From: a virus
Taxonomy: Duplodnaviria > Caudoviricetes
DNA: 24,403 nt
Direction: 5' to 3' (one strand)
Virus record (IMG/VR): IMGVR_UViG_3300025773_000039
Coordinates: 1 to 24,403 of that record
The notes under the pieces were generated by a model that was not told where the DNA came from, made no database searches, and saw nothing but the letters and a program-made list of their open reading frames with translations. This document shows, in pieces, positions 8,199 to 15,453 of this stretch. Every line of letters starts with the position of its first letter. The stretch's first letter is position 1. A program made the position numbers and the translations under genes.

Positions 8199-8661
8199 CT
8201 GGTAAATCCCTTCCAAGCGTATCTGAGTCGACAACTTCAATGCCGTGTACTCTATCGGCAAGGTCAAGGTACATGTCCTGAGCTTTCAGAACATTGTCAA
8301 TCTGATCTTGTTCGCCGCGCATCATGAGCGTAGTCGTAATGCAATCGGTGTTTCTGTAGATTATCTTAATCTGTGCACCAAGCTCAAGGAGCGTGTTGTG
8401 GCACAAAATAAATGAAGTGTTCCTCTCAAATAAAGACTTGCGTCCAAAGATGTGAGGCCAAATTATTTCACCAATATGCCAGCGGTCAAGAATAAGGCGC
8501 TGATCTTCATCTTCGTCCATGATGGACGTTATGTATTCATTCCACCAATGATTCTTTGTGGGAATACCGGCATGAATGATTTTGGCATTGGTCTCTTTAG
8601 CTAACCAATGTGCATGTGATGTCTTGCCTACGCCGTCGACGCCTTCAAGAATTGTAATCAT
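8188..8661 (-). CDS. Thymidylate-kinase-like deoxynucleoside monophosphate kinase
   Basis: ILEGVDGVGKTS P-loop; ILDRW motif; ATGA overlap with upstream gene. Confidence 0.85.
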   Translation of the reverse strand: MITILEGVDGVGKTSHAHWLAKETNAKIIHAGIPTKNHWWNEYITSIMDEDEDQRLILDRWHIGEIIWPHIFGRKSLFERNTSFILCHNTLLELGAQIKIIYRNTDCITTTLMMRGEQDQIDNVLKAQDMYLDLADRVHGIEVVDSDTLGRDLPDVY

Positions 8662-9110
8662 GCGCAATCCTTTGGAAAACCATCTTCGTATTCGCAGCCT
8701 TCAGACACTGAGCACATCACGCCGGCATCATCTAGTGCACGACCACATTCTGCACACTTTCCCCAGACGCCGTCGTAGCCATCTTTCTGACGCTTAGCGT
8801 TTTTGTTGGCCTTGTCTAAATAACGAATTTCTACTTCGTCAGCAGTAGCTCCAACAGCAAGCCAGAGATTTACAATGAAGTGAAGTACATCAACCAATTC
8901 ACCAACAAAGGCTTCACGGTTAATATGACGTGACGTTGCCCATGGTTTCCAGCCTACCTCACCGAGAGCTTCGTGAAGCTCGTCAGTTGCGGCTAAAATC
9001 ATGTCTTTAATAAACTGAATCTTTTCTTCTTCAGGCAGATTTTCCGGATCAAGTCCAAATGATTCTTTCTGAAGTACTGCTTGGCGCATAAAAATTGAAT
9101 CAAGCATCAT
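8658..9110 (-). CDS. Dimeric all-alpha dUTPase / dCTPase
   Basis: ELHEAL.E..WKPW; ELVDVLHF; YLDK...N..RQ..GY; C-terminal Cys cluster. Confidence 0.85.
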   Translation of the reverse strand: MMLDSIFMRQAVLQKESFGLDPENLPEEEKIQFIKDMILAATDELHEALGEVGWKPWATSRHINREAFVGELVDVLHFIVNLWLAVGATADEVEIRYLDKANKNAKRQKDGYDGVWGKCAECGRALDDAGVMCSVSEGCEYEDGFPKDCA

Positions 9111-9537
9111 TCCCCCTCGGTAAATGAGTTACTTCTATGTCAAGTTGTAAAGCGATGTTATCAAGTAAATCCGTCGGATATACTTGCGGATCGACGGGAA
9201 CGCCGAAGAAAACTCTTCGAATTCCATGAGCTGCAATCAGCGGTAAACAAGCCTGACAAGGCCTGTGCGTAACCGCCAATAAACCGCCACGAGTATCCGT
9301 CGGAGTGCAATACCGTAAAGCATTGACTTCGGCGTGGATAACAAATGGACGTCTAGCTTCTCGGTCATCCCAGTCAATCTGAACTCCCGAAGGAGCTCCA
9401 TTGTAACCAACGCCAGCGACAGAGTTGTCAGGACGAAGAACCACGGCACCGACTTGGTACCAAGGGTCCTCGCTCCGCGACGCTGCCATTTCAGCTAGCA
9501 TCAGAGCGTACTCATGCCACTCTGGACGAAAGCGCAT
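9100..9537 (-). CDS. dCMP deaminase
   Basis: RS.DP..QVGA; GYNG.P; HAEVNA; PCQAC zinc motif. Confidence 0.92.
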   Translation of the reverse strand: MRFRPEWHEYALMLAEMAASRSEDPWYQVGAVVLRPDNSVAGVGYNGAPSGVQIDWDDREARRPFVIHAEVNALRYCTPTDTRGGLLAVTHRPCQACLPLIAAHGIRRVFFGVPVDPQVYPTDLLDNIALQLDIEVTHLPRGNDA

Positions 9538-9758
9538 TAGCTAGATCGACCTCGACCATCGGACTGGCGAACCAGCTGCTGGACGCGACTGACCGAAATG
9601 TCCAATAAGTCCGCAATGTCCGAATATGTCCAACCTTCTTCGCGCGCCTTTTCAATGATGCCCAAAAAGTTGGCTTTATTCTCTGCCGCTGTTCTAGCGT
9701 GGCTTTTTAGCTCTTTATGCCAGTGCCACAGCTGATCTGCAATATCTTCGTCGTTCAT
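9537..9758 (-). CDS. HTH DNA-binding regulator (73 aa)
   Basis: AREEGWTYSDIADLLDISVSRVQQLV; start ATG 9758 after SD AGGGGAAG; first gene of the leftward operon. Confidence 0.8.
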   Translation of the reverse strand: MNDEDIADQLWHWHKELKSHARTAAENKANFLGIIEKAREEGWTYSDIADLLDISVSRVQQLVRQSDGRGRSS

Positions 9759-9796
9759 ACTTCCCCTAAATCCCAAGACCATCCTGGGCAGGGTCC

Positions 9797-9878
9797 CAAC
9801 AGTACACCACCGGAGTAGAAAATGCCTCATTTATCGGTGTTTCTTATATGTGTTTTCCTACTCCACCGGTGTAGTATT
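9797..9878. promoter_or_regulatory. Divergent promoter region with two palindromic operators
   Basis: TACACCACCGGAGTA (9803-9817) and TACTCCACCGGTGTA (9859-9873), each overlapping a TANNNT -10 candidate (TACTGT minus, TAGTAT plus). Confidence 0.65.
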
Positions 9879-9921
9879 TCAGCTATCAGGACGGCCCCGT
9901 TCTGAGAAACAGGAGAATAAA

Positions 9922-10218
9922 GTGTCAGATCTAAATATGACTAAGGTCGTAGAGCTTGTCAAGGAACAAAATGCAAATCTTCCAATTCAGATTATGCATA
10001 CTGGTGGAGGTTGCATGACTGTTTATGCTGGACCTGCTGATGAAGACGGTTTTTTTGTTTTAGCTATTGGTCCATGCTTTGTGCGCGATGGCATTGTTTA
10101 TGGAACTTGTGATGATCTTTATTTTGGAAAAGACGGAGATGAAGAGGATTACACTGTTCTCTCTACCGAAACTGAAGAACAAATCGCGTCAATGATTCAA
10201 GAAAAGTTGGTGAAGTAA
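9922..10218 (+). CDS. Hypothetical acidic protein
   Basis: GTG start after SD AGGAG; HTGGGCM motif; first gene of plus-strand island. Confidence 0.7.
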   Translation: MSDLNMTKVVELVKEQNANLPIQIMHTGGGCMTVYAGPADEDGFFVLAIGPCFVRDGIVYGTCDDLYFGKDGDEEDYTVLSTETEEQIASMIQEKLVK

Positions 10219-10388
10219 TGGCACACTGGCAAATGTACGGCGCTGATTTGTTAGCTAAATATGATTTGTACACTTGTGGAACTTGTCTTGCTCTTTACGG
10301 CGAAGAAGGTCACAACTGTCCAAAAGCTGAAGTTATTTGTGGCGATTGCCTCTATCCAATTAGTCAATGTCAACATAAGGAGAAGTAA
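10218..10388 (+). CDS. Small Cys/His-rich Zn-finger protein (56 aa)
   Basis: Hand-translated ...CGTC...H.C...CGDC......C.H; TAATG overlap with upstream gene. Confidence 0.7.
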   Translation: MAHWQMYGADLLAKYDLYTCGTCLALYGEEGHNCPKAEVICGDCLYPISQCQHKEK

Positions 10389-10544
10389 ATGTTTCCAATG
10401 TCACCAGCAGAATCTTGGGCTTTTTTGTTTTTAATCTTTACCGTCATGTTTACTGGTCCAAAGCTATTAAAAAACTTTGTTGATTTTATCTGCGAGCGAG
10501 CGCGTCAGCGTCAGCTCGAGGAGTACTACAACTCCAAAAGATAA
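10389..10544 (+). CDS. Small membrane protein (51 aa)
   Basis: MFPMSPAESWAFLFLIFTVMFTGPKLL...; SD AAGGAG. Confidence 0.65.
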   Translation: MFPMSPAESWAFLFLIFTVMFTGPKLLKNFVDFICERARQRQLEEYYNSKR

Positions 10545-10620
10545 AAAAAGAGCCGTTCACGGAAACCGCACCAACAGAAGGGGTTGTTGGGGTTCGACCG
10601 TGAACGGCTTTTATTATTTT
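10543..10620. terminator. Long hairpin / bidirectional terminator between convergent operons
   Basis: AGCCGTTCACGG/CCGTGAACGGCT perfect 12-bp stem, inner CCAACA/TGTTGG, flanked by A-run and T-run. Confidence 0.75.
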
Positions 10621-11156
10621 TCGGTGGCTAGTTCTCCACCAAGACCCATGTAAGCAGCGCCATCGATCCATCCATCTAGCTTTTCTGGACTCTGAACGAG
10701 ACGCGCCACTTTCACTTGATTCATGCAAAGAGCAACTTGATGCTCGACTACTTCAATTCCTAGAACAACACTCCAGAGCTTAGCTATTCGAGCAAAGTTC
10801 TCTTGTGGTGTTCCGTATTCTTGTTCCCGATCGTTGTATGTCAAACGATCAGCTTCTGCAAAGATTTCTTTGCGTTTCATTTTAGCCCCCTGGTCATCCT
10901 GTGCGCCCTTGGCTAAGTTACAAGGTGCGCACAGCGCTTGTAAATTATCCTCGTCATTGTTTCCTCCCTTAGCTAAAGGAACAATGTGGTCAATGTGATG
11001 CTCGACCTCAAACAAATCAGCGCCGCAGTGCTGGCAAACAAAAGCACAACGAGCCAAAACCCGCAGCCGGATAGTTTGAGGAAAGGACACTCTCGCTACT
11101 GGCTTTGGCTGTCGTGAGCTTTTCAGTAAAGCTTTAACATCTGATTTTAAGGACAT
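10614..11156 (-). CDS. HNH endonuclease fused in frame to a DUF6378-like domain
   Basis: CQHC..HIDHIVPLAKGG.N..DNLQALCAPCN.AK; then DREQEYGTPQENFARIAKLWS...VALCM..VKVAR...DGWIDGAAY. Confidence 0.8.
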   Translation of the reverse strand: MSLKSDVKALLKSSRQPKPVARVSFPQTIRLRVLARCAFVCQHCGADLFEVEHHIDHIVPLAKGGNNDEDNLQALCAPCNLAKGAQDDQGAKMKRKEIFAEADRLTYNDREQEYGTPQENFARIAKLWSVVLGIEVVEHQVALCMNQVKVARLVQSPEKLDGWIDGAAYMGLGGELATEK

Positions 11157-11159
11157 TCA

Positions 11160-11417
11160 TCACTTTCTGCACCTGCAGCCATTATTACTACCGCGTCGGC
11201 GATGCTTCATAATGTTTGCAGGTTTAGCGTCAAATCCATGATCCGCAAGAAGACGAGAAATTGCTGCTGCTGATATGTCGTGATTGTCAACGAGACCCAG
11301 AACAGCTTTTCTATCGTCGGACTCCATGCCATCAAGGATTCTGCTCATTTTGCAAAAATAACCTTGCTGAATAGGAGGATTCTTCAGGAACTCCTCAATT
11401 GCGTCTTTTAGGCGCAT
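11160..11417 (-). CDS. Hypothetical protein (85 aa, possible Zn/DNA-binding)
   Basis: Start MRLKD at 11417; C..., HRRR...CRC C-terminus. Confidence 0.65.
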   Translation of the reverse strand: MRLKDAIEEFLKNPPIQQGYFCKMSRILDGMESDDRKAVLGLVDNHDISAAAISRLLADHGFDAKPANIMKHRRRGSNNGCRCRK

Positions 11418-11421
11418 AAGT

Positions 11422-11706
11422 TTATGCCGCCGGTGTAGTCGATGCTGCTGGAGTCTCTTTTTGCGCAATCTTCGTTGTGATACGAAGAGCTAAAGGACTC
11501 AAGAATGGATACTTGGCAACCAATGCGCGTGTGGCAGGAGCTGCAACAGCACCAACCGCAGCGTAGGCAAATGAAGCCGCATTGAACTTTGCATGCGGAC
11601 TTGCAATGTAATTTTTAGCATATTGGATAACGAATGCAGTTTCAACCGCAATAAACGCGTGCCAATATGACTTAATAAGATCTGATTGCTTCTTTGATAG
11701 TGTCAT
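11422..11706 (-). CDS. Holin-like membrane protein (94 aa)
   Basis: Start MTLSKK at 11706 (SD GGAGG, ATGA overlap); two hydrophobic segments; downstream of endolysin. Confidence 0.6.
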   Translation of the reverse strand: MTLSKKQSDLIKSYWHAFIAVETAFVIQYAKNYIASPHAKFNAASFAYAAVGAVAAPATRALVAKYPFLSPLALRITTKIAQKETPAASTTPAA

Positions 11707-11930
11707 TCTTCCTCCACGTTGTTTACGTATGGAGTCACAATGTGTGACTCTTGCTCCACGTCCGCTCTTCCAGAGCCCTTCTCCGGAGCGGCAATACCTG
11801 TCACGGCAGCTGTTGCAACCATGCTCAAATGTCCTGGATCGACCGCGAAATTCGAAGCCTTCCACACCGCTAGCGCGGCAATACTACCAAGAGCAACCGC
11901 CTTGGGATCGGAATAATGCAGCTTAAACAT
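11703..11930 (-). CDS. Small membrane protein, holin-like
   Basis: Two short hydrophobic segments; TAATG coupling to endolysin. Confidence 0.55.
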   Translation of the reverse strand: MFKLHYSDPKAVALGSIAALAVWKASNFAVDPGHLSMVATAAVTGIAAPEKGSGRADVEQESHIVTPYVNNVEEE

Positions 11931-12784
11931 TATGAACCAGCCTTAGCTACCATTGAGGTATATGTCCAGGCATCAATGCCTTGGTGACCTTTAAGTCCTG
12001 GATATTTAGATTGGTAAATCGGAACAAGAGCAAGTTCCTCGGCTGTTAATACGTTGGTGACTAAGTTAGCGGGCAACAGTCCCGCATTGGCCAAAGCCCG
12101 GGCAACAATGAGCTCTGCAGTGCCCTTGGCCCCAACCTTGAAGGCTGAAGTTCCAGGAAACGGAGGAGCTGCGATTACCGTGGTTTTTGCTGCTGGTGTG
12201 GTACTAGTTGAGCTGTTCATAATCGCAGCTCCACCGCCACCAAGCGCCGTAACTCCAGCAACACCAGCGGCAATACCCTTGTTCTGGGTTGAATTCACAG
12301 CTGGTCGAACTGGGTTTGGATACTTAGGGCGAACGATTGCCATAATGTTCAGGTAAGGCCGATGGCGGCGGAATACGCCGATACCATCAGCCTGAGAACC
12401 TGTTGCGTGATCCGCTGAGGTGTTACCCTCAATCACGGTAATACCAGCCGGAGAGGCGTTCTCAATAATGCCAACATGCTGAGCAATGCCATTTGTCCAG
12501 GAATAGAAAACAATGTCTCCAGCCCTGGCATCTTTGACGTTAATGACGCAGCCTTGTTTTTGGAACCAGGCAAGACCTGCCGGACAATAGCTAAATCCCT
12601 TAGGGGTTTCAGCCGCAACAAGCGCTGAGACGTTAGCTTGGGCAAACACCCAGCTAACGAACATGGCGCAATACGGTTGATTTGGCACGCCGTACCAATC
12701 TCCGTACGGGTTTTTATTGTCCGGACCCTCAATAAAGCCAATTTGTTGCTGAGCAATGTTAACAATATCAAGACCGCTTGTCAC
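11930..12784 (-). CDS. Endolysin, CHAP domain
   Basis: N.YG.WYG...PYCAMFVSWVF (Cys); GDIVFY...HVGIIE (His); IEGNTS; C-terminal degenerate PG-binding-like region. Confidence 0.9.
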   Translation of the reverse strand: MTSGLDIVNIAQQQIGFIEGPDNKNPYGDWYGVPNQPYCAMFVSWVFAQANVSALVAAETPKGFSYCPAGLAWFQKQGCVINVKDARAGDIVFYSWTNGIAQHVGIIENASPAGITVIEGNTSADHATGSQADGIGVFRRHRPYLNIMAIVRPKYPNPVRPAVNSTQNKGIAAGVAGVTALGGGGAAIMNSSTSTTPAAKTTVIAAPPFPGTSAFKVGAKGTAELIVARALANAGLLPANLVTNVLTAEELALVPIYQSKYPGLKGHQGIDAWTYTSMVAKAGS

Positions 12785-13269
12785 TGATATATCAACCTCT
12801 CTGCCAAATCTCCTGGCGTTACTAAATAGTCTGGTTTATCTGTCAGCAAAATCCCAGCCTTCGCATAGCATTCAGCTACCAGTTCTGAACAGATATAACC
12901 GTTCTTACTTGATAGATATTCCAATATGCGAGTGTTGGCTAGTACCTTCAGTCCCAAAATGCGCAATGCAATGTCGGCAATGACTAAAAATCCATAGGGT
13001 TTACCAATAATTTGGTGAGCCTTGTGAACAATAATCAAGCGCTGCTGGTCGCTGAGCTTTTCGTGCTGGTTCCAAGCAACTTCTGTATACTTGGAAACAT
13101 AACCGATTTCTACGCCCTTGGGATTAGCTTCAATGATTCTTCCTTCGCCAATATAGATAAAGGCGTGATTCCACCTGGACAAAGTGCCCAGGCGGATTAA
13201 CTTAGCCATGATTCCGTTAGTTTTAACGCAACCATAATCACCAGGACGAGGATTATAGGTTTTCGTCAT
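12781..13269 (-). CDS. Permuted papain-like amidase (YaeF/YiiX, peptidase C92 family)
   Basis: PGD; WNHAFIY.G...IEA; GKPY; ICSELVA.CY; VTPGDL (His precedes Cys). Confidence 0.85.
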   Translation of the reverse strand: MTKTYNPRPGDYGCVKTNGIMAKLIRLGTLSRWNHAFIYIGEGRIIEANPKGVEIGYVSKYTEVAWNQHEKLSDQQRLIIVHKAHQIIGKPYGFLVIADIALRILGLKVLANTRILEYLSSKNGYICSELVAECYAKAGILLTDKPDYLVTPGDLAERLIYQ

Positions 13270-13609
13270 CTAACGACTCCTTAATTACCTCAATGTCCTT
13301 AGCTTCTTTTTTAGTAAGCTTACGAATTTCACGCAAGATCATGGCATCGCGCTTTGTCTGACCGATCATTGCAATACCAATGATAAGTTCGACAGTAACC
13401 GCAAGCCATGAAGCAAGGTTCATCCATTTGATATAGGCATGAGTATCAGTGAACCATGTTGGTTGCATCCACCAAATAGCTGTAACAAGTGTCCAAATAA
13501 TTACGAACCACCAGTTACGGATAACGCCCTGGACTTTCCACGAGATTTGCTCGCTGAACGTCAGGACGTCTTCTGTGTCTGGATGAATATATTTACGACT
13601 AAAGATCAA
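13253..13609 (-). CDS. DUF1003-like membrane protein
   Basis: LTF.E.I...V......W.F.I..T....IW; ...I.MIGQ..RD; probable TTG start after AAGGAGG. Confidence 0.65.
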   Translation of the reverse strand: MIFSRKYIHPDTEDVLTFSEQISWKVQGVIRNWWFVIIWTLVTAIWWMQPTWFTDTHAYIKWMNLASWLAVTVELIIGIAMIGQTKRDAMILREIRKLTKKEAKDIEVIKESLDDENL

Positions 13610-13787
13610 GCTCACCCTCCTTAATTTCAAGACGGGTGTTCTTTTTGTTTGAGCGCCTAATTGTGGCCGCTATGATGTGGACGACTACGCGATGGAATAC
13701 CCACCACAGCGCTCCCCCGATCGCACCGATTGAGAACGTCCAACAGTAGATGACGTTTGCTAGATCAGATTGGTCTTGGAGTGTTAT
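13599..13787 (-). CDS. Small membrane protein (62 aa) with apparent ATA start
   Basis: ITLQDQSDLANVIYCWTFSIGAIGGALWWVFHR...; SD AAGGA 8 nt upstream; in-frame TAA immediately before ATA. Confidence 0.55.
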   Translation of the reverse strand: MTLQDQSDLANVIYCWTFSIGAIGGALWWVFHRVVVHIIAATIRRSNKKNTRLEIKEGELDL

Positions 13788-13798
13788 TTAATTGTTCC

Positions 13799-13933
13799 TT
13801 ACTCTTGAGGTTTATTTCCCCCAGAGGCTATTTTACCAAGAAGAATCTTTAATGTGAGATTTTCTTGTATGAGGTTTGCAATCGTATTTTTCTGAGCTTC
13901 TAATAACTCATTTGCATCTATTTCTTGTTCCAC
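13799..13933 (-). CDS. Small coiled-coil hypothetical protein (44 aa)
   Basis: GTG start: VEQEIDANELLEAQKNTIANLIQENLTLKILL...; directly after tail fibre. Confidence 0.6.
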   Translation of the reverse strand: MEQEIDANELLEAQKNTIANLIQENLTLKILLGKIASGGNKPQE

Positions 13934-13934
13934 A

Positions 13935-15443
13935 TTATCCCCCTAGTTTTGTTACGCGAGCAGAAAGCTCTTGTACTGCTTTAATAAGTGGTGCAATAAA
14001 TTGTTCGTAAGCAAGTGATTGGTAAGACTCTGGATCGTTAAGATCAGAGATAACCCAACCACCAAAGTCACCAACATTAGCGGCATCGAGCGCTGATTTT
14101 ACTTCTTGTGCAATTAAACCGTAATGTGTGCGTTTTCCGGCAATGGATTCTACTTTGTAAACATCTTTTCCATTAGCATCTTTTTCTTCAACAACAGGAT
14201 TACCTTTATCATCAACAACTACTTTATTTCCACCGGAGATAAACTTGTAAGCAACCGGGCGAAGTGAGTTGATAAAGTCAAGACCAAGAGGCGAATTTTC
14301 AATATCTGTTTTAAGTCTAAGATCAGAGTTGACAATAGCAGCATTGTGCAGATAAATGTGATTCCACTGATAGCTGTTGGCACCAACACCAAGGTCATAT
14401 GTATTTGTCGTATTTGGAGACCAACCAGAAATTACACCGTAACCTCCGTAAAGATTTACGGTATTTGTAATGTTTAGGTTTGTATCGTAAACGTTTGTCA
14501 CGTAAGAGCTCGCAGCGGTCAATTGTCCGCTATTGCTAAGTGAATAAGATCCTGCCCCTGTTGTAACCGAAGTAAATGATCCGGCTCCGCCAGATGTTAT
14601 TCCGTAAAGTCCGCCCCCTAAAGTTAGCGATCCGCCGGAAATGTTAATTCCGGACGCCGCAGTTATTGAACCGTTAAATACCGATGATCCGGTCGAGTAA
14701 AACGTTGATGCGTAAACACCACGATCAGAAAAAAAGCTATAAGTAGATTGTTGACCGTTACCGTTAGTTGCCATCAAGTACGTTCCGCCGTAGTTAATGT
14801 ATCCAGATTGGATACTAAAACCACCAATTGTTCCGTTGCTTGATGTAATTGTTCCAGAGATTGTCGCACTGCTCGCATTGAGCGCTCCGGTGTAAGCGTC
14901 AACCGAGAATGTTCCGCTGTTGTTGCTGATGCCAACGTTAACCATAATTGTTCCAGCGGTAATCTTTCCAGCTGTTACGCTTGCGATTACTGCGTCAGAA
15001 AGCTTTGTTGTGTCCCAACTAGAACCGTTCCAGGTCCACTGGTTGAGGATGACCCCAGTTCCTGACTGATACTGGAACCAAATATCACCCTGGCGTGTAC
15101 CACTTCCGGAGTACGATGCCGTGGAATATGTGACAACGTTCTTGCCATTAGCTGTAGCTGATGCTGCAGTGGCATTAGCGTTTGCTGTTGTTGCAAGTGA
15201 ATATGCAGAGGCAATAGCTGTATCTTGAACGGCAACCCAGGACGATCCGTCCCAACGGTATTGTTTATTGCCATTAGTTGTGTCAAACCAAATATCGCCA
15301 ATTGCACTAGCGTTAGGAGTTGGAGCTGCATAGTAAGTCGACGTTGGAACAACGACTGCTGTGGCAGAACTGTCATAATCGCCTGAGCTGTACCATGTTG
15401 AATATGGAATCGGCGTATTAGTAATCTGAGGTGCTAGTGGCAT
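13935..15443 (-). CDS. Tail fibre/spike with C-terminal intramolecular chaperone (peptidase S74)
   Basis: Gly/Ser/Thr-rich; two GDIWF...W.GSSW repeats; SDLRLKTDI, LRPVAY, HYGLIAQEV, LIKAVQEL. Confidence 0.9.
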   Translation of the reverse strand: MPLAPQITNTPIPYSTWYSSGDYDSSATAVVVPTSTYYAAPTPNASAIGDIWFDTTNGNKQYRWDGSSWVAVQDTAIASAYSLATTANANATAASATANGKNVVTYSTASYSGSGTRQGDIWFQYQSGTGVILNQWTWNGSSWDTTKLSDAVIASVTAGKITAGTIMVNVGISNNSGTFSVDAYTGALNASSATISGTITSSNGTIGGFSIQSGYINYGGTYLMATNGNGQQSTYSFFSDRGVYASTFYSTGSSVFNGSITAASGINISGGSLTLGGGLYGITSGGAGSFTSVTTGAGSYSLSNSGQLTAASSYVTNVYDTNLNITNTVNLYGGYGVISGWSPNTTNTYDLGVGANSYQWNHIYLHNAAIVNSDLRLKTDIENSPLGLDFINSLRPVAYKFISGGNKVVVDDKGNPVVEEKDANGKDVYKVESIAGKRTHYGLIAQEVKSALDAANVGDFGGWVISDLNDPESYQSLAYEQFIAPLIKAVQELSARVTKLGG

Positions 15444-15453
15444 CAGTTTCCCC

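Noticed and set aside
10486-10728. 80-aa minus-strand ORF
   Set aside because: Crosses the terminator hairpin and overlaps better-supported genes on both strands.
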